64,000 bases of DNA from Mobula hypostoma. Its lineage: Eukaryota. The notes under the pieces were generated by a model. That model worked only from the letters and a program-made list of their open reading frames with translations, ran no database searches and was not told where the DNA came from. Both the position numbers and the translations under genes were made by a program. Positions 37,025-51,339 of the stretch are shown one piece after another; position 1 is the stretch's first letter, and every line of letters begins with the position of its first letter. The stretch is taken from assembly GCF_963921235.1 (NCBI RefSeq), contig NC_086108.1:32738001-32802000 (forward strand). The letters are read 5' to 3'.

Positions 37025-40000
37025 AAAAACATAGAAAACCTGCAGCACAATACAGGCCCTTTGGCCCACAAAGTTGTGCTGAACATGTCCCTACATTAGA
37101 AATTACTAGGCTTACCTATGGCCCTCTATTTTTCTAAACTCCATGTACCTATCTAAAAGTCTCTTAAAAGGTCCTATTGTATCGGTCTCCACCACCGTTG
37201 TCGGCAGCCCAGTCCACGCACTCACCACTCTCTGAGTAAAAAACTTACCCGACATCTCCTCTATACCTACTCCCCAGCAGTGTAAACCTGTGTTCTCTTG
37301 TGGCAACCATTTCAGCCCTTTGAAAAAGCCTCTGACTATCCACACGATCAATGCCTCTCATCATCTTATACACCTCTATCAGATCACTTCTAATCCTCAT
37401 CGCTCCAAGGAGAAAAGGCCAAGTTCACTCAACTTATTCTCATAAGGCATGCTCCCCCATCCAGGCAGCATCCTCGTAAATCTCCTCTGCACCCTTTCTA
37501 TGGTTTCCACATCTTTCCTATAGGGAGGTGACCAGAACTGAGCACAGTACTCCAAGTGGGGTCTAACCAGGGTCATATTTAGCTGCAACATTACCTCTCA
37601 GCTCCTAAATTCAATCCCATGATTGATGAAGGCCAACACACTGTATGCCGCCTTAACCACAGAGTAAACCTGCACATCTGCTTTGAGCGTCCTATGGACT
37701 CAGATCCCGAGATCCCTCTGATCCTCCACACTGCCAAGAGTCTTACCATTAATACTATATTCTGCCATTATATTTGACCTACCTAAATGAACCACTTCAC
37801 ACTTATCTGGGTTGAACTCCATCTGCCACTTCTCAGCCCAGTTTTGCATCCTATCAATGTCCCGCTGTAACCTCTGACAGCCCTCCACACTATCCACAAC
37901 ACCTCCAACCTTTGTGTCAGTAGCAAACTTACTAACCCATCCCTCCACTTCCTCATCCAGGTCATTTATAAAAATCATGAAGAGTAAGGGACCCAGAACA
38001 GATCCCTGAGGCACTCCAATGGTGACCAACCTCCATGCAGAATATGACCCATCTACAACCACTGGTTGCCTCTGTGGGCAAGCCAGTTCTGGATCCACAA
38101 AGCAATGTCCCCTTGGATCCCATGCTTCCTTACTTTTTCAATAAGCTTTGCATGGGGTACCTTATCAAATGCCTTGCTGAAATCCATACACACTACATCT
38201 ACTGCTCTACCTTCATCAATGTGTCTGGTCACATCCTTAAAATATTTAATCAGGTTCGTAAGGCATGACCTGCCCTTGACAAAGCCATGCTGACTATTCC
38301 TTATTATATTATACCTCTCCAAATGTTCATAAACCCTGTCTCTCAAGATCTTCTCCATCAACTTACCAACCACTGAGGTAAGACTCACTGGTCTACAATT
38401 TCATTGGCTATCTCTACTCCCTTTCTTGGATAAAGGAACAACATTCACAACCCTCCAATCCTCCGGAACCTCTCCCATCCCCATTGATGATGCAGAGATC
38501 CTCACCAGAGGCTCAGCAATCTCCTCCCTCGCCTCCCACGGTAGCCTGGGGCACATCTCATCCGGTCCCAGCAACTTATCCAACTTGATGCTTTCCAAAA
38601 TCTCCAGTACATCCTCTTTCTCAATATCTACATGCTCAAGCTTTTCAGTCTGCTGCAAGTCATCACTACAATCACCAAGATCCTTTTCCATAGTGAATAC
38701 TGAAGTAAAGTATTCATTAAGTACCTCTGCTATTTCCTCCGGTTCTATACATACTTTCCCACTGTCACACTTGATAGGTCCTATTCTTTTGTGTCTTATC
38801 CTCTTACTCTTCACATTCTTGTAGAATGCTTTGGGGTTTACCTTAATCCTGCCCGCCAAGGCCTTCTCATGGCCCCTTCTAGCTCTCCTAATTTCCTTCT
38901 TAAGCTCCTTCCTATTAGCCTTATAATCTTCTAGTTCTCTAACATTACCTAGCTCTCTGAACCTTTTGTAAGCTTTTCTTTTCTTCTTGATTAGACTTAT
39001 TACAGCCTTTGTACACCACGGTTCCTGTACCCTACCACAACTTCCCTGTCTCATTGGAGCGTACCTATGCAGAACTCCACGCAAATATCCCCTGAACATT
39101 TGCCACATTTCTTGCGTACTTTTCCCTGAGAACATTTGTTTCCAGTTTAAGCTTCCAAGCTCCTGCCTGTTAGCCTCGTAAATCCCTTTACTCCAATTAA
39201 ACACTTTTTAAACTTGTCTGTTCCTATCTCTCTCCAATGCTATTGTAAAGGAGATAGAATGGTGATCACTATCTCCAAAATACTCTCTCACTGAGAGATC
39301 TGACACCTGACCAGGTCCATTTCCCAATACCAAATCAAGTACAGTCTCTCCTCTTGTAGGCTTATCTACATATTGTGTCAAGAAACTTTCTTGAGCACAC
39401 CTAACAAACTCCACCCCATCTAAACCCCTTGCTCTAGGGAGATGCCAATCAATATTTGGGAAATTAAATTATCTCCCATCACAACAACTCTTATTATTAC
39501 ACCTTTCCAGGATCTGTTTCCCTATCTGCTCCTTGATATCCCTGTTACTATTAGACAGCCTATAAAAAACACCCAGTAGAGTTATTGACCCCTTCCCGTT
39601 CCTAACCTCCACCCACAGAGACACCATAGACAATCCCTCCATGGCATCCACCTTATCTGCAGCCGTGACACTATCTCTGATCAACAGTGCCACGCCCCCA
39701 CCTCTTTTGCCTCCCTCCCTGTCCCTTCTGAAATATCTAAAAACCGGCACTTGAAGTAACCATTCCTGTCCCTGAGCCATCCAAGTCTCTGTAGTTGCCA
39801 CAACATCATAGCTGCAGGTACTGATTCACTCTCTAAGCTGATCCCCTTTGTTCACAACACTCATTGCATTAAAATAGACACATCTCAAACCTTCGGTCTG
39901 AGCGCGTCCCTTCTCTATCGCCTGCCTAACCTCCCTCTCGCATCGTCTACAAGCTTTCTCTATTTGTGAGCCAACCTCCTCTTCCCCAGTCTCTTCAGTT

Positions 40001-40133
40001 CGGTTCCCACCCCGCCACAATTCTAGTTTAAACGCTCCCCAGTAGCCTTAGCAAACCTCCCCACCAGGATATTGGTCCCCCGGGATTCAAGTGCAACCCG
40101 TCCTTTTTGTGCAGGTCACACCTTCCCCAAAAG
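37025..40133 (-). mobile_element. CR1 LINE, relatively young, whole ORF2 broken by stops and frameshifts
   Basis: APE (39469-39801), RT (SQHGFVKGRSCLTNL, DFSKAFDKVPH, GVPQGSVLGPLLF), LVRPHLEYC; interrupts the duplicated promoter block. Confidence 0.93.
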
Positions 40134-40134
40134 A

Positions 40135-40440
40135 GGGTATTTTTGTTGATTTTTACATGAAGACAGTTTCTCTTCCAATTTACATTTAAAATTTTGTCCT
40201 CCGGCCAGCCTCAATTTGTGTAGTCTTGTACATTGCAGAATCTAAATGGTGTAGAGGAGTTCAACGTGGAAGTAGGTTGCTTCGCCCATAACAACAAAGA
40301 TGGTCATTTAAGCAATTCTATTGGCCTATATTTAGCTCATACCCCACCCCACAGCTCTCTTATCAGTATACCTGTCCATATGTTTTTAAAAATCTTATTC
40401 TTGTATCTGCCTTAACCACTTTTGCTTGCACCTTGTTCCA
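40135..40440. repeat. Continuation of the duplicated FMO upstream region (matches ~16050-16350), split off by a CR1 insertion
   Basis: tatttttgttgat, agacag.ttctcttcca, aaattttgtcctc, agaatctaaa shared in order. Confidence 0.75.
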
Positions 40441-40485
40441 TGCACATTTTACACTTTATGTGAGGACAATGTTCCCCTTGAGGTC

Positions 40486-43007
40486 TGTAGTGTACGGATC
40501 TATTTCTTTTAGTGCAATGACTCGCCTTAGCACTAATTATTGACTGACACCCATGCGCTTTGGTTTGTTGCTCTCTCTGCAAGGTGAACATAAAAGTTAG
40601 CCGCCTCCGAATGTGTGCCTTAATTTTGTTTTGATATGTGGTTGTACAGTCACAACAAATTGGCGACGAGTACAAACCTAAATGTCAGCGAATATCACCA
40701 AATGCACTAGAGGGTTGAACTATATTGTAATGTTAATGGTGTGGATAAGGTGAAGAAAGCATTCACACTTCTTAGCTTAGTATAATCTCTTACTCAACCT
40801 AGTAACCACCTGAAAAGCCAGAAAGCAAGATGTTTGATGAAATTGTTGAAATTTTACAAAATCAGTTGAACCCAAAAGCTAATAACAGCTGAGAGATTTA
40901 GATTTCACAAAGGGAACCAGTCAAAGGATGAAAGCATTTCTGAATGCATTGCAGAATTTTCTAATGTGCTAATTTTCTCAATACTGTGACTTTGGAGATT
41001 GGCTTTCTGATGAATTAAGGGGCAAGCTTGCATAGTTAAAGCACTGTCAGAAAGAGACCTAACCTTGGAATGGGCATTGACCATTGCAATATCAATGGAG
41101 ACAGCAGCAATGGATGCGTCAGAATTACAGACAAAGAGTTTGGAATGTGAAATGCACAAAATGTCCCGAATGGTGGAAAAAGCCAAAAATGTTACTGATG
41201 TGGTAGGTTCCTCCATAATGTAAATGACTGTTGTTCAAAGAAAAAGTTTGCAGAAAGTATCACAGACAAAGCCACATAGAGGGAATGTGCAAGTCTGACA
41301 AAAAGCACAACTAAAGAGAAAAACCACACTGTGAAAAGTTTCAAACACAAAACTAAACAAATGCATAAAGTGACTGAACGTAAACTGAATCAGACAATAC
41401 AGAGTCTGACAAAGGTGAGCTGTCATGCCTAGAACTGCATAGCATTACTGAAGCAGATCACAAAATCATAAGGATCACAATAATGTGTCTGGTGTAAAAT
41501 TGAAAATGGAGCCGGAGACAGGGTCAGCTTTGTCTGTAATTTCAGACACTGACTACAACAAACTGTTGCTAAGCTTCCATTAGAAAAGACCTCGGTGATG
41601 CTAAAGACCTACACGGGTGAAAAAGAGCCTCTCAAAGGCAAACTGAAACTAAATATGACGTATGAGGACAAAACACTGCATTTGGAGCTTTGTATGTTGA
41701 GAAGTGGAGGGCCAGCAATTTTGGATGTGAATGGTTGAGAAAAATCCAACTAGGCAGGTACACAATCAAAGCTGTCAATCTGTTATCAACAGGCAACTGC
41801 AGCCCAGATGGTAGCACTAAGCAGAGACTGTCACAGCTGCTCAATGCTAATGAGTAGGTGTTTGAGAAGGGGACTGGTAAATGTAAAGGTATAAAGGCCA
41901 GAATTGAACAGGATGAGGCAGCAACGCTAAGATTCCATAAAGTGCGTCCAGTGTCTTACGCATTAGTTCCTAAAGTGGATGCTGAACTCCAGAGCTCAGA
42001 GGCAGCTGGAAGTCCCTCCAAGGTTGAGTGGAGTGATTGGTTCATGCCATTTGTCCTGGTGATCAAGAAAGGGAAGGTCAAAGCTGTTCACATATGAAGG
42101 CACTTCAAAGAAAGCATCAACTCTGTGCTGCGTCCTGTAAAGTATCCCCTGCCACAAATAGAAGACATTCTTGCATCTTTGGCAGGCAGGGAGAGGTTTT
42201 CAAAGAATGACGTCACAAACCTATCTGCAGATAGAGACGGAGGAGCCAAGCTGGAAGTACCCACAATCAACACTCACAAGGGCCTGTTCCAGTATAATCA
42301 ACTCATCTTCGGCGTCATAAAAGCTCCAGCATTTTGGCAAAGAGCAATGGACCAAGAGCTCCAAGGTATCCCAGGAACAAGATATCTCTTGATGACATTA
42401 TTATGATTGGAAAGAATGATGAAGATCACCTCCACAGCCTTGGTAACGTGCTTACCAGGCTGAGTGAGTGTGGTCTGTGTGCAAAGAGAGACAAATGTGA
42501 TTTTTTCAAGAATGAAATTTCATATTGTGGACATGTCATTGACAAGCATGACTTGCATATGTCACAAGAGAAGATTGAAGCAGCGTTGCAGGCACCCAAA
42601 CTGGAAAATGTGTGACAACTCGGGTCATATGTGGGTCTTGTAAACTACGACCACAGGTTTCTCACAAATCTTGCTACAGTGCTGCACCCATTGAATGCCC
42701 TGTTGCAGACAGGAGCAAAGTGGGAGAGGTCAAAAAAGATGTGAAAGAGCATTCATGGTAACAAAGAGACTAATGACATCAGATGAACTGCTCACCCATT
42801 ATGACCCATCTCTGCCCATCAGACTAGCATGCGATGCGTCCCCTTATGGCATTGGTACCATTTTGTCACACACTGTGAGAGATGGATCTGAACGTCCCAT
42901 TGCATTTGCCTCAAGATCACAGTCAAGCACAGAATGCAACTATGCATAGATCGACCGAGAGGCCCTTAGTCTAGTATGGGGAGTAAAGAAGTTCCACCAC
43001 TACCTCT
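40486..43007 (+). mobile_element. Gypsy (Mag-like) LTR retrotransposon, degenerate and 3'-truncated
   Basis: LTR TGTAGT...ACAACA 40486-40657, PBS TGGCGACGAG 40661-40670, RT (YPLPQIEDIL, THKGLFQY, LDDII), RNase H (LACDASPYGIG, PIAFASRS). Confidence 0.9.
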
Positions 43008-43535
43008 TGTATGGGAGGAGTTGTGACCGTCACGTGACAGCACTGCCCACTACCTGGTCAAAAGACACGCCACCTGCCAATCAAGGTTTGACCCCTCCTC
43101 TCCCATCAATGCACACCTAACCACTGGCCCCTTTAATTAGCCTTGTACTTGGCCTCGGGCAACTGGCGTCTGTAATCAGCTGAACTCGGCTGGCACTGAG
43201 CCATTGGCCCCCTGTGAATTACCTGGGTGGGACCCTCCAGCCCTGCTGCACTATAAAGGGTGCCACGTTTGCTGGACCCTCTCTCTTTGCCATCCGAGGG
43301 ATCACCCTGCTTCACTGAAGACTGAGAACCGTGGAACAGCGCTGGAGAAATTATTGGTGAGTTGTGCATTGAATAGGGTTGGAAGCATTGGTTATCGTCC
43401 CTAAAAGCAGAGAGCCGTGCCCGCACAGAATCAAGAGGTGGCGGGTATCGTATTGACTTTTCCCTTGGTTGCATGTGTGTGTGCATGTGCTTGTACTTTG
43501 TTCCCACGCGATTTTCCCACGTTGGTTATTAATTG
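43008..43535 (+). mobile_element. LTR-like fragment
   Basis: Begins with TG where the Gypsy pol stops; CCAAT and TATAAA (43252); no 3' end seen. Confidence 0.5.
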
Positions 43536-44362
43536 GGGAGAGAGAAACACAAGGTGATAGGTGAAACTGGGAGGGGTAGGGATGAAGTAAAGAGCTGGGA
43601 AGTCGATTGGTGAAAGAGATACTGGGCTGGAGAAGGGGGAGTCTGATGGAAGTGGACACAAGGCCATGGAAGAAAGAAAAGGGGCGGGGGAGCACCAGAG
43701 GGAGGTAATGGGCAGGCAAAGATTTAAGGTGAGTGAGGGAAAAGGGAATGGTGAATGGTGAAGGAGGGGGAGAAGTTCGAGACATTGATGTTCCTGCCAT
43801 CAGGTTGGAGGCTACCCAAACGGAATATGAGGTGTTGTTCCTCCAACCTGAGTGTGGCCTCATCACAACAGTGGAGGAGACCATGGATGGACATGTTGGA
43901 ATTGGAATGGGAAGTGGAATTAAGATGGGTAGCCACTGGGAGATCCTGCTTTTCTGGTGGATGGAGCGTAGGCGCTCGACAAAGCAGTCTCCCAATCTAT
44001 GCCAGGTCTCACCGATATACCATACCGGGAGCACCAGATACAACAGATGACCCCAGCAGACTCACAGGTGAAGTGTCAACTCACTTGGAAGGACTGTCTT
44101 GAGCTTTGAATGGTAGGGAGGGAAGAGGTGTATGGGCAGGTGTAGCACTTGTTCCGCTTGCAAGGATACGTGCCAGGAGGTGAGATCAGTGGGGAGGGAT
44201 GGATGAACACGGAAGTCGCATAGGGAGTAATCCTTGTGGAAAGCAGAAAGTGGGTGGGGGGTGGGGAGAAGTATGTGCTTGGTGGTGGGATCCTGTTGGA
44301 GATGGCGGAAATTTCAGACAATTATGTGCTGGACGTGGAGACTGGTGGGGTGGTAGGTGAGG

Positions 44363-44366
<4 letters not shown>
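43536..44366 (-). mobile_element. Penelope (Neptune-type) fragment
   Basis: PPGTYPCKRNKCYTC linker, YIGET, HLIFRLGSLQPDG. Confidence 0.88.

Positions 44367-44396
<30 letters not shown>
44367..44396. repeat. (GA)n microsatellite
   Basis: About 15 AG units seen directly. Confidence 0.95.
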
Positions 44397-44399
<3 letters not shown>

Positions 44400-44934
44400 A
44401 TGAGTAGTCTTTATTCAATTCTAATAAATTTGTTTTTATAGGACCTCTTTATATAATTCTAATAAAGTAATCTGTATAACCTTTACAGGTGTATACTGCC
44501 TCCTTTTGTATGCAAATATTTTTTACTGCTGAATCAGAAAAAAAAACAAGGAGTAAAAATTAATTTTGTTAGAGGGCCCTGGACTTGAAACATAAATTCT
44601 GTATCTTTATAGATCCAAATTATTTAACTTCTACGCTTTATCTAAAACATGCCAACCTACATCAAGAATTAAAGAAACATCATGTGCTTTTCTGTCTGAA
44701 GCTATGTGAACCACTACAAGTATTGGACAGGCAAAGATGCTTTCTATGTTTGCTCAGTTTCTGGATCTCAGTTGAAACTCCATTCTACTTGTGTTTTGGT
44801 TCAATCAAGGGCACTGAGAGAATAAAAGGAGTTCTTTTTTCAAGAGTAACAGCAAATCTATTAATGCACAGAATTCTGGAATAGAATGAGAGTGGGAGAT
44901 AGAAGGGGAATAGTTTCTCTTCTCCTCAGTTGCC

Positions 44935-45425
44935 CATCACCTTCCACTGGCGCACTCCCTCAGGATCAGAATCAGATAGGCGATGAGCCCTCTATCTTCC
45001 CTTTCTCTCGTGGTCCACTCTCCTCTCCTATCGATTCCTTCTTCAGCCTTTTACCTTTTCCATCTATTGCATCCAAGCTCAGGGGGTCCCAACCTGGAGT
45101 ACAGGGACCACTCGGTTAATGGTGGGGATCCGTGGCAGAAAAAAATAGCTGGGAACCCCCGTCCTAGCTCAACTTATTCTCTTCCCCACTCACCTACCTT
45201 CCCCCTCACCTGGTTCCACCTATCACCTGTCAGCTTGTACTCTCCCTCCCTCCCCCACCTTCTTCTTCTGGGTTCTTCCCCCATCCTCTCCAGTCCTGAT
45301 GAAGGGTCTTGGCCCCAAAACGTCGACCGTGTATTTCCCTCCACGGATGCTGCCTGACTCACTGAAGTCCTCCAGCATTTCATGTATGTTGCTCTGGCTT
45401 CGGATCTGCTGTGGGTCTTATGTGT
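44935..45425 (+). mobile_element. Penelope 3' UTR/pLTR containing a hAT MITE (45080-45161)
   Basis: Hammerhead-like cagtcCTGATGAagggtcttggccccAAAAcgtcgac; MITE with tccaagct/tcctagct TSD, same family as 22493-22571. Confidence 0.8.
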
Positions 45426-45755
45426 TCAGGTTGTCACTGAACCATACAGCACAGAAACAGACCCTTCAGCACACCGAGTCTGTGTATTTATTTAAATTAA
45501 TCCTACACTAACCCCATGTTACTTCCCCACACTCCCATGAAATTGCTGCAAATTCTGCGCATTAGGGGCAATTTACAGTGGCCAATTAACCTTGCAGTCT
45601 GCAAGCCTTTGGGAAGAAACCAGGGCCACCAGAGGAAACCGAAGCTGTCAGAGGGAAATAATACAAATTCCACATAGGCAGCCCCCAAAGTCAGGATTGG
45701 ATGTGAGTCACTGGACCTGTGAGGCAACAATTCTACCAGCTGCAACAGTGCTGCA
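45426..45755 (-). mobile_element. V-SINE/HE1-like SINE
   Basis: Reverse-strand tgtggaatttgta..ggtttcctc..ttaattggccactgtaaattgccc. Confidence 0.65.
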
Positions 45756-46142
45756 TCTTGTGAAGTTTGAACCGACAACCCTGTGAGTGAAGTGAAAATG
45801 CCACCAATTCAGTTCAGATGAAAGATTGAATGTTATGTTACTTTTGACATTTTTATTAAATTAAGTTGCTTTAAATTCAGTCCTGAAGTTGTTAAAAGCT
45901 GCTGGGACTCAAGCCCACAAGAATGTTGAGATAACCTAACAAGGGAAAGTCTACAGAATTTAAAAACAATTTAAAAACGAGGGAAAGTCTACAGAAGCTG
46001 GAAGTCCTAAGTGCTGAGGACTCCTGAGGAAGTGCCTTGGCTCACAATGTAAACTGTCTATTCATTTCCATAGATGCTGCTTGACCTGCTGAGTTCCACC
46101 AGCATTATCAAGTTTCGAGATTGAGGATTCATTTAGAACAGA

Positions 46143-49100
46143 AAGCCATATGATACAGGAGCAGCATGAGGGCATTTGGCCCATCGAGTCTACTCCACCA
46201 TTTAATCATGACTGATCAAATTTTCCTCTCAGCCCCAATCTCCTGCCTTCTCCCTGTATCCCTTCACACCCTGACCATTTGAGAATCTATCAACCTGTGC
46301 CTTAAATATACATAAAGACTCAACCTCCACAGCTGCCTGTGGCAAAGAATTCCACAGATTCACCACTCTCTGGCTAAAGAAATTTCTCCTCATCTCCGTT
46401 CTAAAAGAACACTCCTCTATTCTGAGGTTGTGTCCTCTGGTCTTAGACTCTCCCACCATAGGAAATATCCTCTTCACATCTACTCTATCAAGGCCTTTCA
46501 CCATTTGATAGGTTTCTAGTGAATACAGAGCCAGAATCATCAAGCACTCTTCCTATGACAAGCCATTCAATTCTGGAATAATTTTTGTGACTTCCTTTGA
46601 ACTCTCTCCAGTTTCAGCACATCCTTTCCAAGAAGAGAACTGCTCACAATACAGTGCTCCAAGTGAGGCCTCCCCACTGCTTTATAAAGCCTCAACATTA
46701 CATCCTTGCTTTTATATTCTAATTCTCTTAAAATGAATGCTAACATTGCATTTGCCTTCCTCATCACAGACTCAACCTGCAAATTAACCTTCAGGGAATC
46801 TTGCACAAGGACTCCCAAATCCCTTTGCATCTCAGTTTTCTATAATTTCTCTCCATTTAGGAAATGGTCAACCCTTTCATTTCTTCTACCAAAGTGCATG
46901 ACCGCATACTTCCCAACACTGTATTCCATCTGCCACTTCTTTAGCCAGTCTCCTAATGTCTAAGTCCTTCTGTAGCCTTTTTACCTCCTCAAAACTACCT
47001 GCCCCTCGACCTATCTTCATATCATCTGCAAACTTTGCTACAAAGCCATCAATTCCATCATCGAAATCATTGACATATAGCATAAAAAGAATTGGTTTCA
47101 ACACAGATGTCTCTGAAACACCACTCGTCACTGGCAGTCAGCTAGTAAAGGCTCCCTTTACTCCCACTCTTTGTCTCCTGCCATTCAGCCAGTGCTTTAT
47201 CCTGCTAGAATTTTTCCTGTAAAACCATGGGCTCGTAGCTTGTTAGGCAGCCTCGTGTGGCACCTTGTCACAGGCCTTCTGAAAATCCAAGTACACAACA
47301 TCAACCGATTCTCCTTTATCTATCCTGTTCGATATTTCTTCAAAGAATTCCAACAGATTTGTCCGGCAAGATTTTCACTTGAGGAAGCCATGCTACAGCC
47401 TACTACAGCCTATTATATCATGTGTCTCCAAGTACCCTGAGACCTCATCCTTAATAATCGACTCCAACATCTTCTCAACCACTGAGGTCAGGCTAACTGC
47501 CCTAGTTTCCTTTCATCTGCCTTTCTCCCTTCTTGAAGAGTAGAGTAACATCTGCAATTTTCCAGTCTTCTGGAACCATTCCAGAAACTACTGATTCTTG
47601 AAAGATTATTACTAATGCCCCCATCATCTCTTCAGCCGCCTCTTTCAGAACTCTGGAATATGCACTATCTGGTCTGGGTGACATCTACCTTCAGACTTCT
47701 CAGTTTCCCAAGAACCTTCTCTCTAGTAATGGTAACATCACACGCTTCCTGATCCCTGACACCTGGAACCTCCAGCATACTGTTAGTGTCTTCCACAGTG
47801 AAGACTAATGCAAAATACTTTTTCAGTTCATCCACTATTTCATTGTCCCCCATTACTACCCCTCCAACATCGTTTTCCATCGGTCTGATATCCACTCTTG
47901 CCTCTGTTTTACACTTTACATATCTGAAGAAACTTTTGGTATCTTCTTTAAAGTTATTGGCTAGCTTACTTTCTTATTCCATCTTTACCTTCTTAATGAC
48001 TTTTTTAGTTGTCTTCTGTTGGTATTTAAAAGCTTCCCAATCCTCTAACTTCCCACTAATTTTTGCTCTACAATAGGGTCTTTTAAGAGACTTTTGGATA
48101 AGTACATGGAGCTTAGAAAAATAGAGGGCTATGGGTAACCGTAGTAATTTCTAAGGCGGGGACATGTTTGGCATAACTTTGTGGGCTGAAGGGCCTGTAT
48201 TGTGCTGTAGGTTTTCTATGTTTCTATTATATGCCCTCTCATTGGCTTTTAGGTTGGCTTTGACTTCTTTTGTTTGCCACGGTTGTGTCATCTTTCCTTT
48301 AGAATATGTCTTCCTCTCTGGTGTGTCTATATATCCTGTGTCTTCCAAATTGCTTTCAGAAATTCCAGCCATTGCTGCTCTGCCATCATCCCTGCCAGTG
48401 TTCTTTTCCAATCAATTCTAGCCAACTCCTCTCTCATGCCTCTGTAATTCCCTTTACTCTACTGTAATACTGATAATACTGATGCATCTGACATTAGCTT
48501 CTCCTTCTCAAATTTCTGGGTGAATTTGATCATATTATGATCACTTTCCCCAAAAGGTTTTTTTTTTACCTTAAATTCTCTAATCAATTCTGGTTCATTG
48601 CACAACTTCCAATCCAGATTAGCTGATCCTCCAGTGGGCTCAACTACGAGCTGCTCTAAAAAGCCATCTGATAGACGTTCTGGAGCCTCTCCCTCCTGGA
48701 ATCCGTTACCAACTTGATATTCCCAATCTACCTGCCTATGAATCCCCCATGACTGTTGTAACATTGCCCTTTTGACATGGATTTTCTATCTCCCATTGTA
48801 ATTTGTAGGCCATATACTTACTACTCTTTGGTGATCTGTATACAACTCCCATCAGGGTCTTTTTAGCCTTGCAGTTCCTTAGCTCTTTCCACAATGATTC
48901 AACATCTTTCAACCCTATGTCACCTCTTTCTAATGGATTTGATATTATTTTTAACCAACAGAGCAACACCGCCTCCTTTGCCTTCCTGCCTGCCCTTTCG
49001 ATACAATATGTATCCTTGGACGTTAAGCTCCCAGCTATAATCTTCTTTCAGCCATGATTCCATGATGCCTACAACATCATACCTGTCAATCTGCAACTAT

Positions 49101-50660
49101 GCTGCCAGTTCATCTATCTTATTCCGTAAACTGCGCACATTCAAATACAACACCTTCAGTCCTGTATTCACCCTTTTTTGATTTGTCTGCCTTTTATGTT
49201 GCATCTCATCTTGTTGACTGCCCTATCAACAGTCTCTCCTCACTACACTTTGCCACTGTTTGTAAACCAGCTACCTCAACTTCAGCTCTATTATCCACCT
49301 TTACTGCGATACTTCTTGTACTGAAATCTAAGCAGCTCAGGACACTAGTTGTACAATGCTCACCTTTTTGATTCCTTATTTCGTCTGAGGTCTTACCAAC
49401 ATCTACCTCCACAACCTCTCCACTAACTATTCTGGCACTCTGGTTCCCATCCCTCTGCAACTCTAGTTTAAACCCCACCCTGTGGCACGAACAAACATTC
49501 CTGCTAGGATATTAGTCTCCCCTCCAGTTCAGATACAAGCTGTCCCTTCTGTACACGTCCCAACTTCTCTGGAAGAGAGCCCAATGGTCCGAAAATCTTA
49601 TGCCCTCCCTCTTACACCAGCTCCTTAGCCACGTATTAAACTGTATAATCTTCCTAGTTCTGGCCTCATTAGCAAGTGACATGGGTAGTAATCCTGAGAA
49701 CACATCTCTGGAGTTCCTGGCCTTTTCTTAGCATGCCAACTCGTGTTTATGGCTAACACGAGGGGGCACAGTTTTAAGGTGCTTGGAAGTAGGTACAGAG
49801 GAGATGTCAGGGGTAAGTTTTTTACGCAGAGATTGGTGAGTAGGATGCTGGCGACGGTGGTGGAGGCGGATATGATAGGATCTTTTAAGAGACTCCCTGA
49901 TAGGTACATGGAGCTTCGAAAAATAGAGGGCAATGGGTATCCCTAGGTAATTTCTAAGTAAGTACATGTTTGGCACAGTACTGTGGGCTGAAAGTCTTGT
50001 ATTGTGCCATAGGTTTTCTACGTTTCTATGTTTCTAACTCCCTGAACTCTCTATGCAGAACCCCATCACTTGTCCTACCCATGTCATTGGTACCTACATG
50101 GACTACAACTTCTGGCTGTTCACCCTCCAACTTAAGAATGCTGAGGACTCGATCCAAGATATCCTGGGCCCTGGCACCCAGGAGGTAACATACCATCCAG
50201 GAATCTCGTTCTCATCCACAGAACTTCCTATCCGTTCCCTGACTAATGAATCCCTATCACCACAGTGTGCCTCTTTATCCCCCCCCTTCCCTTCTGAGTC
50301 ATAGAGACCGATTCAGTGCCAGAGAGTTGACCATTGTGATTGTCCTCTGTTAGGTCATCTCCCCCTCCCCCACTTCAGTATCCAAACTATATACCTGTTG
50401 ATGAGGGGGATGGCCACAGGGGTAATCTGCACTGACTCCTTAACCCTTTCTCCCTTCCTGAATGTTAGCTAGTTTCCTGTGTCCTGCACCTTGGGTGTAA
50501 CTACCTCTCTCTGTGACCTATCTATCACACCCTTAGCTTCCTGAATGATCTGGAGTTCATCTGCAGCTGGGTGCACTTCTCGCAGTGGTAGTCATCAGGG
50601 ACAGAGGAGGTCTTCCTGCCTTCCTATATCTCGTAAGAGGAGCATTCCACTATCCTGCCT
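46143..50660 (-). mobile_element. CR1 LINE, near full-length degenerate copy
   Basis: ORF1 remnant (49512-49703), APE, RT (KFADDMKIG), C-terminal domain (RGHNLRI..FFSQRVVNLWNSLP); two plus-strand CR1 tails nested at ~48072-48225 and ~49745-50035. Confidence 0.9.
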
Positions 50661-51339
50661 GTCATCCCTACTGTCCTATACTGTATAAAGAAGAGATTTT
50701 CTCTGATTGAAACCTCACTTAGCGGAAGCCTTGAAGAGCTGAAGCCTCAAGATCACCTCTCTGACTATGTCCACTCAGATGACAACCGCTGTGACGATGG
50801 TCACTGCGCCTGCTGCTGCCTTCCTTTAATTTGCTCTTGCTAACCAATCCCAAACGCCAATTGATCGTTGGTCAAAGCTCTTTTTCACTGGATTGACCCC
50901 CGCTGCCTTTTATCTTCGGGCAGTGGACCTGATTGACGTCCCTTCCTCTCAAAACTTCCAGTGTCTGGATTGGCCACTGGTCAAAGCTCTTTTCTGTTAT
51001 CAGAGAATGTATATAATATACAGCCTTGAGATTTGCTTGTTCACAGGTAGCTGCAAAGCAAGAAACTCGGAAGAACACAATTAAAGAAAGAAAAGAATTA
51101 AAAAAAGAACACTTGATGTACATGTGTTGCTAAGGTTAATTTAGGTCCCTCCAGTGAATGAAACCTATTTCTTCTACCAAACTTTTAGTTACCCTACATA
51201 GAATCTACTTCTCAGATATTGTGTCAGAATTTGTCTCATTATATTGCTGTATGGTACCTTAAAACATTTCCCTGTATTAGAGGCACTAGCTGGATATAGG
51301 CTCTTATTGTTGGAATGTCTAAGTGGGAGGGTGATACAA

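Noticed and set aside
43351..44043. 230-aa ORF
   Set aside because: Chimeric out-of-frame read across a Penelope fragment and an LTR.
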